The notes under the pieces were generated by a model. That model was not told the origin of the DNA. It ran no database searches and saw only the letters and a list, made by a program, of their open reading frames with translations. This document shows positions 1 through 12,674 of a stretch of 64,000 nucleotides of DNA, piece by piece. A program made the translations under genes and the position numbers. The stretch comes from Octopus sinensis (Eukaryota), in NCBI RefSeq assembly GCF_006345805.1, contig NC_043005.1, positions 47,306,001 to 47,370,000 of the forward strand. Direction: 5' to 3'. The first letter of the stretch is position 1. The number at the start of each line of letters is the position of its first letter.

Positions 1-1264
1 ATTGATACTTTAGTTTATTCATCAAGAAATGAAGGATAAAGTTGACTTGAGGATAATTTGAACTCAAAACATAAAATGACATCATTAAATAACACAAGAA
101 ATTCTGTCCGACACCATACCAATTCGAGCAACAATAAACGTGGTTATTGAAATATATATATTTACTAAACTTTTCAGCCTATCTTATTGCATTTCTTCGC
201 TGTATCCAATCTGTTGATATACCAGTCTCCCAACAGTTTGGTTATATCATCAGGTAGAAAAGGAGTATAATATTTTTGTAGTCCTTTTTAAATATAGTTT
301 TCAAACATATAATTTCTGCTTCATAATAATATGAATTGGTTAATTTTGGTAATTACAGGCAAAATCTAGAGTTACAGTTTAAATAACGGCTTTAGGCATT
401 TAACAAATACATTAATAAAGATTAATATAATTAATTAACGAAATACATTAATAAAGAATAATATCATTAATTAACAGAGTGAGACCGTTTTAAGGTTTCG
501 TTGTATGTTCTAGCTTCAGGCAACTTAATAATATCTGCAAGATGACGTTCGATTGAATTGCTCTGGGTTAATCTTGAATATTGAATATTGAATAACAAAT
601 GTGTTCGTGCATGAAAGCATATGTAAGGTTACAGTGAAGCTAGTTGGTGTCGCAGTTTCGATTCCGTTTCACACATAACAAATCGCTCCTCACACGTGTG
701 ATTTCGGTCTGTAATCAATAACATGAGGAAAACTGAAAATTTGTTTCTTTATCATTCACCTTGCGTTTTAATACATTGCGTACGAATTTGTGTGCAAGCG
801 TGTGTGCGTACAGATGTATGCACAAAAATATATTGCCGACTTTACAATCGTGAGGTCCCGGGTTCGATGTCACCGCGTGCTATCTTGTGTGAGTATCTTT
901 TGCCATAATTTCGTGTTGGTACAGTGCTTGTGAGTGAAACTGAATTGATAGAAATTATGTGAAAGCCCATCGAATAGGCGACAACACATACAGTTCAAAT
1001 ATTTGAACAACTAAATTATGTATCTACAATTTGTGGTTAGCTCAGCTGATCAAACAAGCGGAGGGTTAACTATTGTCACTATATGGATAAGTAAGTAGTT
1101 TTAGTGTGAGCATGCGTTTTCATATACTTTTATGTCCGTGTGTGTGTATGAGTGCGTGTGTAATATCAAAATCTAACATAAATTTGAGTTTTTCACCGGC
1201 TGGGCCGTTCACTACAAATGTTTCATACTATGTAAACTATATTTCAATATACTTTACAGGGCTT

Positions 1265-1690
1265 AAGGCAGTGAGCTGGTAGAATCGTTTGTAGTCGGGC
1301 TTAGCAATTTTTCGTCCGTCTTCACGTTCTGGGTTCAAATTCCGCCGAGGTCGTCTTTGTCTTTCATTCTTTCGGGGTTGATAAAATAAGTACCAGTTGA
1401 ACATGGGATCGATGTAATTGACTCTCTCCTTCCCCGAAATTGCTAGCCTTGTGCCAAAATTTAAAACTAATATTTATTCAAGAATAAGGCAACGAGGTGG
1501 CAAAATGGTAAGCACGTGCTCAGCGTAAGCCAAATTGCTTAGTGGCATTTCGTCCGTCTTTACGTTCAACCGTTCAAATGTCGCCGAGGCCCACTTTGCG
1601 TTTCATCCTTTCGGGGTCGATAAAACAAGTGCCAATCAGCTTATCCGCTTTACCGGACTTGCTGGCCTTATGCCAAAATTTGAAACCAAT
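1265..1690 (+). mobile_element. Two adjacent tRNA-derived SINE copies (family S2)
   Basis: A-box-like GAGCTGGTAGAATCG / B-box-like GGGTTCAAATTCC followed by the CGAGGTCGxCTTTGxCTTTCAT body shared with many copies in the window. Confidence 0.8.
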
Positions 1691-2740
1691 ATATTTTACA
1701 GCGTTTACATTACGATATATGTGTGTGTGTGTGTGTGTGTCGTCAAAAAATAAAGTTTAAGTGGGCACTGGGGTCGCTGTAAAAAACAAGACACTTCGTT
1801 CAAAATGACAAGCTTTGTGCCTATACCAGAAATTGCATTATAGTGTATTGTTCTGGTGTATCGTTTTGGCCAAACACAAATATGTCAACTATTTCACGCA
1901 TTTAAATAGAAATTAAACTATTTTTTCCTCTTTTATTTCAACATCACAGCAACCACGTCTAAGAAGTTTTATTTCTCTCTCACTCTATCTTCCACTATTT
2001 CTTTCTTTGCTCTTAGCCGTTCGCTTCTTATTTTGCACCAACAGTTTAGAAACGGCTGCCTTTAATCATGCGACATCTTAAATTGAATGAGAAATGTTTT
2101 GCTTGCTATTTCTTCCAGTTTGAGAACACATATGTTAAATTCCTTAACGCATACGTCTATGCCTTGATCTGCTAGCACATGTATGGCACTCAAATGAAAC
2201 GCTAATACAAAGAACAGTATTTTGTACAACAATAAACTTCTCTCGACTAGCTTGTCTTGATGCGGAGCACGTCCTAGTGGAACAAATCACAAAACTGTCT
2301 TATCTCCTTCCTCTAGGCCAATTTTACTAACATTTCTTACAACACAAATCATCCAATTCACTTTATAAAACAGGCAATAAGTGAGTGTGTGCTGGCGCGA
2401 CGCGCACGCATTCTCACAACATATTCACCTTTTGCACTTTGTTAATATCGTATAAACGAATTACTTTTTATCGCTTTCATTTTGTTTTTGTTTTCAGTTT
2501 TGTTTTTTTTTCACCTTGCACTTACAATAACTCGTCTGCAATTGAGTCGATATATTACAAGGACGAAAAAATGTTTGTTTTCTGTTTGTCTGTTGTAAAT
2601 AAATGGAAAATTATATAAATATTATTGTTATTATACTACAGAATTCATACTTTTTTTTTAAAATCTTCCAATGCAAAATAAAACGCATTCATATACTCAC
2701 ACGTGCATACGTGTGTGCGTGTGTGTGTGCACGAGGGGGT

Positions 2741-2900
2741 ACTGAAAGGTTCGTGGTTTTAAGGGTGTCGCGAAAAGGCGTGGCTGGAGGCCCAACAGAG
2801 TTCTTTTACAGGGCTTAGAAAAACTGAAGGACCGCTGCACTAAGTGTGTGAATCTGAGGGGGAATACGTTTATTAACATCAAGCACAGTACTCTAATTTT
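2741..2900 (+). mobile_element. Mariner-derived MITE fragment
   Basis: Starts CGAGGGGGTACTGAAAGGTTC (same TIR as 13914); encodes mariner C-terminus-like FFYRALEKLKDRCTKCVNLRGEY across a frameshift. Confidence 0.7.
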
Positions 2901-4669
2901 ATAACATTAAACTTATAAAAAAGAGAACACATAGCTTATGTCATTTGCGTAATTTAAGCAGAAACGAACTTAAAAACCTGTCCTTTTCTTTAATTGCATG
3001 ATTCTTGAGGTTATCTCCTCTCTTCATATGAAGCTAATCTTAATTATGTTGTATGGTATTTGTTATACCTGTATTTGTCTATATTCTAGAAAAGATGGTC
3101 ATACATCTTGGACATTTGAAACTTATTCTTACAAAAATTGAGAATGTTTGTATAAATGTTGCGCATACTTGTTTTAGATGTGTTTTGCGTGTGTGTCCAG
3201 TTATAAATACATAATATATTATTATTTAAACGTTTATAATCAGACATGAACTTTACAGATCTGTTCAATGTTTGCAAAGAGCAGTAAACTTTTCATTTAA
3301 ATTCCTTGGATAAAAATGAAACACAATACTATCCGCTTGTCTTCTGCAAAATACGAATAATTCTTATAACAGCATTTTGTTTCTAGGTGTCAGATTAAGC
3401 ACCCTCTTAACCTAGATAGATAGATATTTTTGTTATTTCGTGATTGTTTGACCTTTATATTACATTTTACTAACAAAAATGCAATGAGTGATAGGCTATC
3501 TCTTCGTCCATTTCGAGAAAAGATGAGTTTACTAATAAGTGTAAGTCGAAGGCAATAATGCCTCAGGTTTCCTTCAAGTGATATTCGCTTAGCGAGTCTG
3601 CTATTACACCGAACGTGCTTGTGAGAACCGTAATGAAACAGTGAAACAGGGTCAATGTCAATATACACCAATCATTTCAAGTTTAGGTTGTCTCAAGCTT
3701 GTAAAAATGGAATGAAGAAGAAATATAGCATTATAGAGATGTTTGCCGATTTGAAATAAGTAAAGCAGAGAGATGGAAAAAGTATTGTGTGTTGGGCGAT
3801 AACGACATCAACTATATGCAATTTAGTAAAAGTATTTCAAAATTGTCGATATAAATTAATATAAAACATTAGCTATGGCTTCTCGCAATTTCGTTCATTA
3901 GTGTTACTTCCACACTTGTCATGTCGGTCATCACAAACCGTGGCAAAAATCTATGGGTGTGAGGGCGGGGTGGGGAATGCATTAGTTTCTCGGCTGCAGG
4001 GGTCGAGGATTTGTATTTCATCACTTCGCCGACCGTGGGCATAAAGCCGAATGTCTAGAGAGAAGGTTTTGCTGGTAGGCACTATTTCATTGACGACTGG
4101 GGAGCTACTTATAAGCACATAAACATGGACATACATGCACACACATATGTGTGTATCTATATGTATATAAATGTATGTATATATATATATATATGTGTGT
4201 GTGGTGTGTGTGTGTGTGGTGTGTGTGTGTGTGTGTGTGTATGTACATATATATGTATGTATATATTTCTATGTATATAATATATATATATATATTATAT
4301 ATATATGTATATATTTATGTATGTATATGTATATGCTCTTATGTATATATGTATACATGATTAAAGTAAACAAATTTTGTTTTAGAAGCATTGAGATGTA
4401 TTGAAAGATACAGAAATAAATTTTTATTCCCAAACGCGTGATAATGCTAATAAAATAGCATGAACAGGATAAATTATCCAGACATTGTATATATATGTAT
4501 GTATGTTTGCATGTGTGTGTATGTATGTATATATATATATATATATATATATGTTTGTGTATGTGTGTATATGTATATATATATATATATAATATATATA
4601 TATATGCATATATATGTATATATGTATGTGAATATATATGCATATATATATATATATGCATATATATGT

Positions 4670-4706
<37 letters not shown>

Positions 4707-4707
<1 letters not shown>

Positions 4708-4916
4708 GCTAATCCAAACATGAAAACACAAAGAGAAAACACAACAACGCGAGGATGTGGAACAAGTATAGTATTATTGGACGCTCAGGAAAGGAAAGAA
4801 AGAAGGAGAAGATTTAACGTTTCGAGCGGAGCACTTCGTCAGAAACATAGGAAAAGGGAAGATCCAAGGAAGGGAAGACGGAGGAAAAAAATTGCCAACG
4901 GTACACACGCTGTCAC

Positions 4917-4918
<2 letters not shown>
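4707..4918 (-). mobile_element. Short hammerhead-bearing repeat, family A (Penelope-like pLTR derivative)
   Basis: Homologous to 63003-63175; inserted in (TA)n; minus strand reads TTT-CTGACGA-A-GTGC-TCC-GCTC-GAAA-CGTT-AAAT. Confidence 0.65.
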
Positions 4919-4947
<29 letters not shown>

Positions 4948-5145
4948 ACGGGAAGCTTTATGAAAATAAACAAAAGACGAAGGCAGGTGGAATACAAACA
5001 AACAATTGTATTAGTATGGCGCTCAGGAATATAAATAAAACAAGTCTTTTACGTTTCGAGCCTACGCTCTTCAACAGAAAGATACACAGAAAAGAAACAC
5101 GGAAAAAAAACAAGGAGAGAAAAAAAATGCGTGCAGAAGCTAGCG
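4948..5145 (-). mobile_element. Short hammerhead-like repeat, family B
   Basis: Homologous to 52190-52350, 52390-52575, 53410-53612 and 62690-62845; all abut (TA)n. Confidence 0.75.
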
Positions 5146-5159
5146 AATCAACATGGCGA

Positions 5160-5221
<62 letters not shown>

Positions 5222-5289
5222 TCCTGTGTATGTGTGTGTACATACATACATGCATGAATGCATGTATACATACATACAAAACAGAAGGC

Positions 5290-5930
5290 AAAGCCCTTGG
5301 AGTTCCAAGATGCAGCCGAAAAAGCAGATTATGTCATATTTCTGAGGAAGACATCACACTTGATTAGCAGCTGACAAAAAATGTCATCAAGATACAGCAT
5401 CTCTATGCAACTTGACGCTGCAAAGACAATATATAATGAAATCCTAAAAAAGACTGGGCTGGAATAAATATAGAGAATGCTGCAACGATTAAATATGTTC
5501 ACAAACATCAACACAAGGTGTACTGGTGGAAGATTCCCTTCAAAATATTTGTCAAGAGTAAGCATAACAGGCCGGATATTGTTATTTGGGACAGACAGGA
5601 ACAAGTAGGTACCGTCAGAGAGGTCAGCTGTCCTGCTGATGTAAAAATCTCATTGAAAATCAGAAAGAAAGAGAATAACTATGGACAACTGCTTCGAAAC
5701 CGCCAGCTATTATACCCAGAATACAAATTTACCTTTATACCAATATTGATTAGTGCTCTTGGTTTTGTGAGTAAATGCTTGAGTCACAATCTGGTTAAGC
5801 TAGGATTTTTCAGAAAAAAAAATCAACCAACTAGCTTGCATATTACAAAAACAGTCTGCAAGTGGAACAGTAAAGATATGCAAGACTTTTCTCTGCTGAC
5901 ATTGTTCTCGTTATCTATATTCCAACGATA
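5290..5930 (+). mobile_element. Degraded non-LTR retrotransposon 3' end with CCHC knuckle and restriction-like endonuclease (R4/NeSL/CRE-type)
   Basis: RLCHISEEDIT (degenerate CxxC..H..C) then ORF 5518-5931 containing HNRPDIVIWD..EVSCPAD..KENNY, the PD-(D/E)xK RLE signature; stops and frameshifts upstream. Confidence 0.8.
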
Positions 5931-6091
5931 GAGCTTTGTATCTTTGCTAACAGAGCAGCTTTTTTCTCAAAGGAAGAATTTAAATAATTAAAAACAGAAG
6001 TGAATATACACTTTTAAAGGCATGCTTACCATACGATTAAATATTTTAGTCTAAGTATGTATAACTAGCATGTAGTCAATAAAGCTAAGCT

Positions 6092-6535
6092 AGTTTAAGG
6101 TTGTCCTTAGGTAGTGGGTGGCGATTTTCTTCACTACTTCAGGGAGTGACGACTCTGCCTGACACGAGTCCCAGGCTCAGCTGGCTCCGGCTGATAGTAC
6201 CTGGTATGGACCCTTATCCAGGGTTACGGAAAGGACACAACCTTCAAAGAAATCTGGAGTGGAACCCCGTAGGCGGTTGAGTGTTCGAATCGACACTCTT
6301 CCGGCAGCTCCTGCAACCAAGCTGGTGCCAAACGTAATGCTCTGCACACCTTTGGACTACGTCAGCAAGGTTGAGAGAGGAATCCTGACGATTGAGCTGC
6401 CCAGGATTTTCTTACCTCTAGCCCAGGCCAGTGCAAAACTAGAGAGGACATGAAATTCAAAAACTGGATTACTTTATGCGCATCTCCATTGTCTCCCGAG
6501 ACAAAAAGATACCAAGAACAAGTTTAAGGTTGTCC
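6092..6535 (+). mobile_element. GC-rich insert resembling an RTE-type LINE 5' UTR, bounded by 15-bp direct repeats
   Basis: AGTTTAAGGTTGTCC at 6092-6106 and 6521-6535; internal CCGGCAGCTCCTGCAACCAAGCTGGTGCCAAACG resembles RTE 5' regions from memory (not searched). Confidence 0.45.
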
Positions 6536-7240
6536 CTATCAGTAGATTTGAACGATGATATTTGAAACTCTCACTGAAAGGAAAAGCAGTAGGATGATAC
6601 CGGAGCAATATTATCTATGAAGCGACAAATAAACTTTCTTCTGAAGCTAAGAATATCAATAAGTTATCATTTGAACAAATGTTTTTGTAAATTTATATAT
6701 TTTTCAGGTTTCTCTCTTACATGTAACAACCTTGTTGAATTATGTAAATGATTTTGTTGATACACTTTAACTACTTTTATACGAAATCAATTTAATCACA
6801 TCCTATGTTTGTATACATTGCAATAAAATGCACGCTAAGCATAAATTTTGCAGCATTTTCAAATTTTGGCGTTCCACTTATCGAAGGTTTGGAAATAATA
6901 ACAATTCAGTAAAATAACTTTGTTACTCTTAACATGGTGTGTAGCATAACGTTCTGAGTTCATATGTCACCGAGGTCGACTTCGTCTTTTACCCTTTTTG
7001 GGGTCGATACAATAAATATCAATTGAGCTCTGGACCCGATGCAATCAACTTATCTCCTTACCTAAAATTGCTGACGGTTTGCCAAAATCTGAAACCATTA
7101 CTAAGCTAGAGTTTAGGACAAATTAGCATGAAATTTTGATGCAAGGTTTTAATTCAGATTGCTTTAAACTATAAGTTTGAATCATAAAACTAGGGGTGGT
7201 TCCAGGCAGGTTAGTATCAAAGGGGTTAAAGATAGGTGCA

Positions 7241-7590
7241 GGCGTGGCTGTGTGGTAAGAAGTTTGCTTCCCAACCACATGGTTTCGAGTTCAATCACAG
7301 CGCGTGGCACTTTGGGCCAATATCTTCTGCTATAGACTGGCCGACCAAAGCCTTGTGAGTGAATTTGCTAGAGGAAAACTGATAGAAGCCCGTCGTATAT
7401 ATATATATATATATATATATATCGTGTGTGTGTGTGTACGCAAACACCACTTGGCAACCGGTATTGGTGTGTTTACGTCCCCGTAACTTAGCGGTTTTCC
7501 AAATAGTGACCAATGAAATGAGTAATAGGTTTAAAGAAGAAAAAATAAGTACTGGGGTTGATTCGTTCATTGACTGAAACAAGTGAAAGA
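7241..7590 (+). mobile_element. tRNA-derived SINE, family S1
   Basis: GTGGCTGTGTGGTAAGAAG A box, GGTTTCGAGTTCAATC B box, central (TA)/(TG) tract, AATAAGTACT tail region. Confidence 0.85.
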
Positions 7591-7649
7591 TATCTGTTCG
7601 CATACAATTATTTACCCATAACACTGTACGCGGATTTTCTTTCTTTTTA

Positions 7650-7886
7650 TACCTATTTCTTTATTACCCACAAGGGGCTAAAGACAGAGGGGACAAACAA
7701 GGACAGACATAGGTATTAAGTCGATTACATCGACCCCAGTGCGTAACTGGTACTTAATTTATCGACCCCGAAAGGATGAAAGGCAAAGTCGACCTCGGCG
7801 GAATTTGAACTCAGAACGTAACGACAGACGAAATACGGCTACGCATTTCGCCCGACGTGCTAACGTTTCTGCCAGCTCGCCGCCTT
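7650..7886 (-). mobile_element. tRNA-derived SINE, family S2 (near full length)
   Basis: Reverse complement of the S2 consensus; flanked by TTCTTTT(T)ATACCT duplication. Confidence 0.85.
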
Positions 7887-8004
7887 TCTTTTTATACCTT
7901 TCAAACCATATATTGCCTTCCATCTTTTCTCAGTTTTTTTTTTTCTGTTCCTTTTTGCTCCTACTGAAAAAAAAAACCTTTGCCGTCGCCTGTTACTTCT
8001 AAGT

Positions 8005-8267
8005 CTTTACTCAACCTTCTAAACCTTGTCCTATTTCTTCAACGAATTCTCGTTCATCTATGACAGACTGATGAAGCAATAGTGGTGGACAAACTTCGGA
8101 GTTACTATCAACATTGTTTGACGATTTATTTTCACATATATTGAGTACATAGGCCAGAAAAAAAGTTGCTGTTTTATATATAACTGAAAATGTTTGCATT
8201 AAAATATATACGTTAAAATCTATATATCTACATGAATAATCATACGTGTGTGTGTGCGTATGTGTGC

Positions 8268-8309
<42 letters not shown>

Positions 8310-8640
8310 GAAAAATATAAACTGGGACAGGAACGTAAAACATTTAGAAGATGATACAAAAAACACGGACGGGACATTCGAAGCCTTCAATCTTTAGTCA
8401 AGAACCGGATCATCCTAGCAATTTCGGCTGATTAATCTTGAGATCGCTTCGATCCGGCCAGCCCCAAGGAAAAACTAAGCTACGAGCATTAGATTTCTTG
8501 GAAAAAGGATCGAATGTATACGAAACAGGGACAGAAAAACGGACGATGCCACACGAATATAAAATACAGAAAACAATAAAGTAAAAGCAAGACAAAAACA
8601 GCGGGTGTCTTACGACTAATAGACAGTACAACTTAGTTTA
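8005..8640. mobile_element. Probable Penelope-like element fragments interrupted by (TA)n
   Basis: Non-microsatellite blocks inserted in TA tracts, with degenerate hammerhead-like words; assignment by resemblance only. Confidence 0.35.
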
Positions 8641-8720
8641 GCTGGTGGCGTATTTTGGAAAAAAATACCTTTTTCGGCAGACGAAGACAATGATGTTCTC
8701 ATGGCGCTGGTTATATACAT

Positions 8721-8812
<92 letters not shown>

Positions 8813-8993
8813 TATAATATACTTACATATATATATATATACTTACATATATATATATACTTACACACATATATATATATATATATATAGTTATCCGTAA
8901 TAATGAAGGTGAAATTAATTAATTTGGAATAATTATCAATTACACCAAGTAGTCTTCGGCATGTAAAAGCCTCATTCGAGGAAAATTTAAGTA

Positions 8994-9296
8994 ATACTAA
9001 GCAATAAAGGGTTTAGCAACGAATTGCCTTACCACATACCGAATTTAGAAATAGCAGTCAAAGAGTTATAGCTATTTCTTCTACTAAAAAGGGAGATCTC
9101 AGTAAAAACAGCAATTGGAAGGCAGACACAGATAGATTGCCGTCAATTCATTCTCTCTTACCTGTTTGTGTCTGCCTTCCAATTGCTGTTTTTACTGAGA
9201 TCTCCCTTTTTAGTAGAAGAATAGCTATAACTCTTTGACTGCTATTTCTAATTCGGTATGTGGTAAGGCAATTCGTTGCTAACCCTTTATTGCTTA

Positions 9297-9300
<4 letters not shown>
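8994..9300. repeat. Long near-perfect inverted repeat (arms 8994-9130 and 9167-9300)
   Basis: Arms are reverse complements except for three single-base homopolymer indels; 36-nt spacer. Confidence 0.95.
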
Positions 9301-9330
<30 letters not shown>

Positions 9331-9604
9331 TTACATATATATATACTCACATGTATATACTCGCAAACACATATCTAGAAATATTACATCCATCCACATA
9401 CACACATGCATATGCATACATCTGTGCTATAACATGCTACATCTATGCGTATGTTAGTCTATAAGTGCATACTTACACACAAAATACTCATATGTATGTA
9501 CTTATGTGTTTCATGTATGTTATGTATATATATATATGCGTGTGACCGCGCGTGTCTGTGCATGCGTGCGTACATATATCAATATATGAGTGTATATTAT
9601 GCTG

Positions 9605-9645
<41 letters not shown>

Positions 9646-10478
9646 GACAACAAATAACATTCGTACGCCTATTAGTCGGACGGACAGCCTTAACTATATC
9701 GGAATGTATCTCGCCGCTTAAGCAAATGCTGTTCAGAATACAAAAATTGATCTAAACGGAGAAAAAGATACACGACTACACATACATATGTGTCTATCAC
9801 ATGCAAACATATCTGTATCATAATAGGACTTTTTCACAATGCCACTAGCTATAAAAGCTACGCATCTTTTTGTCTCAAATCTAAATGACGTTGTTCAACT
9901 ATTGTTGTTCAGTTTGATTATCTAAAAAGTTTGCCCCGGAAAATCCGTGCTTTAAAGCTACAATGCTGAATGATGAGGAATTGGTATTTTTCAAGAGATT
10001 CGCCAAAATTCTTATTATCTACTTGAGCTTTTCAAACAGATTCAATTTAAGTAATTGCTCAGATATGAAGCGTATAGTCTTGTTCCTCTTTCCATAGTTT
10101 TGTTCCATTTTAGGCGATCCAGAATAGTTCTCATTATATCAGGAACGATGAGAAAAGGCTAACAAAATTGAAACGGTTTCGATGGTTTACGTCCACAAGA
10201 AATTGATAAAATCTTATAACTAAATTAACCTAAATACTTATTCTGAAATAGTTTTTGAGCTATGAAGTTGTTTGTCTACATATTCACGGAGATAATCTTA
10301 AGCAGACGACAATACGCACATATCCGTGTATTCAAAAATGTATGTATGCGTGTATATATTTCTGCGTGTGTGTGTGTGTGCATATACACATACTTGCATA
10401 TATGTACATGAGAGAGAAAAAGAAAATGGTATTCGTGAGATTCCTTACTAATCACTACGATATATATATAGGTACATA

Positions 10479-10513
<35 letters not shown>

Positions 10514-11125
10514 CATACATACACACACATATATGTATTTATAAATGTATATATATATACACGTACTTACATATATATATATGTGTACACACACACGTGT
10601 GTGTGTGTACATACGTATATATGCGTATGTCATATGTAATAATGTTCGTATGTATGTATGTATGTATGTATGAAGATGTGTAGTGTATGCTTTGGTTTAT
10701 GCGATTATATGTGTATTCCACCATGCGTATCTACATGTTCGCATTTATATCAAGAGATGCGTTTGGTTTATGTTTCAGCATTTACATGTAGTTATGGTAA
10801 TAGTTTTAAGTAGTATTTCTTTATATCTCTTTCATCTTTCACTTCATTCAGTCCTTAGACTGCGGCCATACTGGGGCATCGCCTTGAAGAATTCCAGTCC
10901 AACGAATCGTCCCCAGTACGTTTTTTTTCTTTCTTTCTTTTTTTCCTTTAAAGCGTTGTACTTATTCTGTCGGCTTTTTTCTTTTTACCAAACCGCTAGT
11001 TGCAGGGATGTAAACACACCAACACCGCTTGGTGGGAGGGAAGCAAAGACAGCCACAACGACACATACACACACATGCACGCACACGCACACACGCGCAC
11101 ACACACACACACACACACACTACAT

Positions 11126-11281
11126 CATGGGCGGTCCCAAGAATTTTTCGAAGAGAGGGCAGAAGGTCAGAAGGAATACAATTCCAGGAGAAAGGGGCGT
11201 AATAACATTATTTAGAAGGGCGCACTCCTTTTCTTGAGCGGGGCACGTGCCCCTCAGCCCCACATCTTTGGGTCTGCCTCT
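11126..11281. mobile_element. MITE with imperfect ~15-bp TIRs
   Basis: ATGGGCGGTCCCAAG ... TTTGGGTCTGCCTCT. Confidence 0.5.
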
Positions 11282-11574
11282 ATACACGCATACAGACATA
11301 TAACGGGATTCTTTCAGTTTCCGTCTACTAAATCCACTAAAAAAAGTGCTTTGCCCAAGGTGTCACACTGTGGCACTGAACCCAGAACCAAACGTTTTAC
11401 TACACAGCCACGTCTGCATCTTATATCCTAATTATAAAAGCAATCAGTTCAATTGATCAAAAAATTAGGTACCCACCGTCGAAATGGACAGGAAAGAGTT
11501 CCATTCAGTTATGTATGTGCGAGTGTCTGTGTGTGTGTCTGTGTGTGCGAGTGTGCGTGGTGTATACGCAGTTT

Positions 11575-11867
11575 TAGCACGTAGCTTAGTAGTTGGGGTA
11601 GTCGGCTCGCGATCATTAGGTCGTGAATTCGATTCTCGGCGGTGTGTTGTATCCTTGAGCAAGATACTGTATTTCTCATTGCTCCAGTCCACTCAGCTGT
11701 CAAAATTGAGTTGTACCTGTAATACAAAGGGCCGCCTTGTTACATTGCGTGTCATACTGAATCTCACTGAAACTACGTTTGAGATACACGAGTCTGTGGA
11801 GTACTCGGCTACTGGCACGTTAATTTCACGAGTAGGCAGTTTGGATGATCATATCAACCGGAAACCT
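11575..11867 (+). mobile_element. tRNA-derived SINE, family S4
   Basis: GTAGCTTAGTAGTTGGG..GAATTCGATTC head, CCTTGAGCAAG..TGCTCCAGTCCACTCAGCTG body; homologous to 14183-14480 and 15995-16290. Confidence 0.8.
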
Positions 11868-12118
11868 ATTTCTTTTACTACCCACAAGGGGCTAAACACA
11901 GAGAGGACAAACAAAGACAAACAAAGGGATTAAGTCGATTACACCGACCCCAGTGCGTAACTGGTACTTAATTTATCGACCCCGAAAGGATGAAAGGCAA
12001 AGTCGACCTCGGCGGAATTTGAACTCGGAACGTAACGACAGACAAAATACGGTTACGCATTTCGCCCGGCGTGCTAACGTTTCTGTCAGCTCGCCGCCTT
12101 ATGCCAGCTCGCCGCCTT
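11868..12118 (-). mobile_element. S2 SINE nested in the S4 SINE with 17-bp TSD
   Basis: ATATCAACCGGAAACCT at 11851-11867 and 12119-12135. Confidence 0.9.
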
Positions 12119-12674
12119 ATATCAACCGGAAACCTCAAGGTCGTTACCGATGGAGAGCCAGACCATACGTGTGTACTCATGCAATGTGAGTGAAAGACCG
12201 AAACTGAGAGCAAAAAGCAACCCTCGACGAATAATAAATCCGAATATTTGCTGCGTCGTCGGAATGGCTGCCACCGTAAAGAAATGATAGCTGAGAGCCA
12301 AACTTCTGAAAAGTGCTAAGGACTAAGAAGACGCTGAGGATTTGAAGAAAGTACTTGCGTCTTTAAGCCACGTTGCAACACGAGGCAATGCTCAGATATT
12401 ATGGCGGGGTCTCACTTGACAAAGAAGACCCGATTGCTGAATTAACGATGCCTTAGGGAGACATTATAGAGTGTACTCATGAAAAAGTGGGCCCTATGTA
12501 GGAAAGGGTCAGCGAACATTGTGAGATATAATGATGACAGTATACGTGGCTTCTGGGAAAGAAGCGGTGTTGTAGTTCCGTAGTAGGATCTACAATATTC
12601 TACCAAGCATTGCGATTAGGAAAAAAGAGAAGAGCAGTAATTCGTAAATCACTGAGAGAGAGAGAGAAGCAGAA

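Noticed and set aside
405-478. 36-bp tandem duplication
   Set aside because: Simple AT-rich slippage duplication with no further structure.
3591-3690. Cys-containing frame RVCYYTERACENRNETVKQGQC resembling a Kazal tail
   Set aside because: Incomplete cysteine pattern and weak splice sites.
7739-8002. Recurring ORF MRNWYLIYRPRKDERQSRPRRNLNSE (also at 11953)
   Set aside because: Antisense translation of the S2 SINE, not a gene family.
8365-8410. Possible hammerhead on the minus strand (CTAAAGA..GAAGGCTTC-GAATGTC)
   Set aside because: Both core segments deviate and stem I is not evident.
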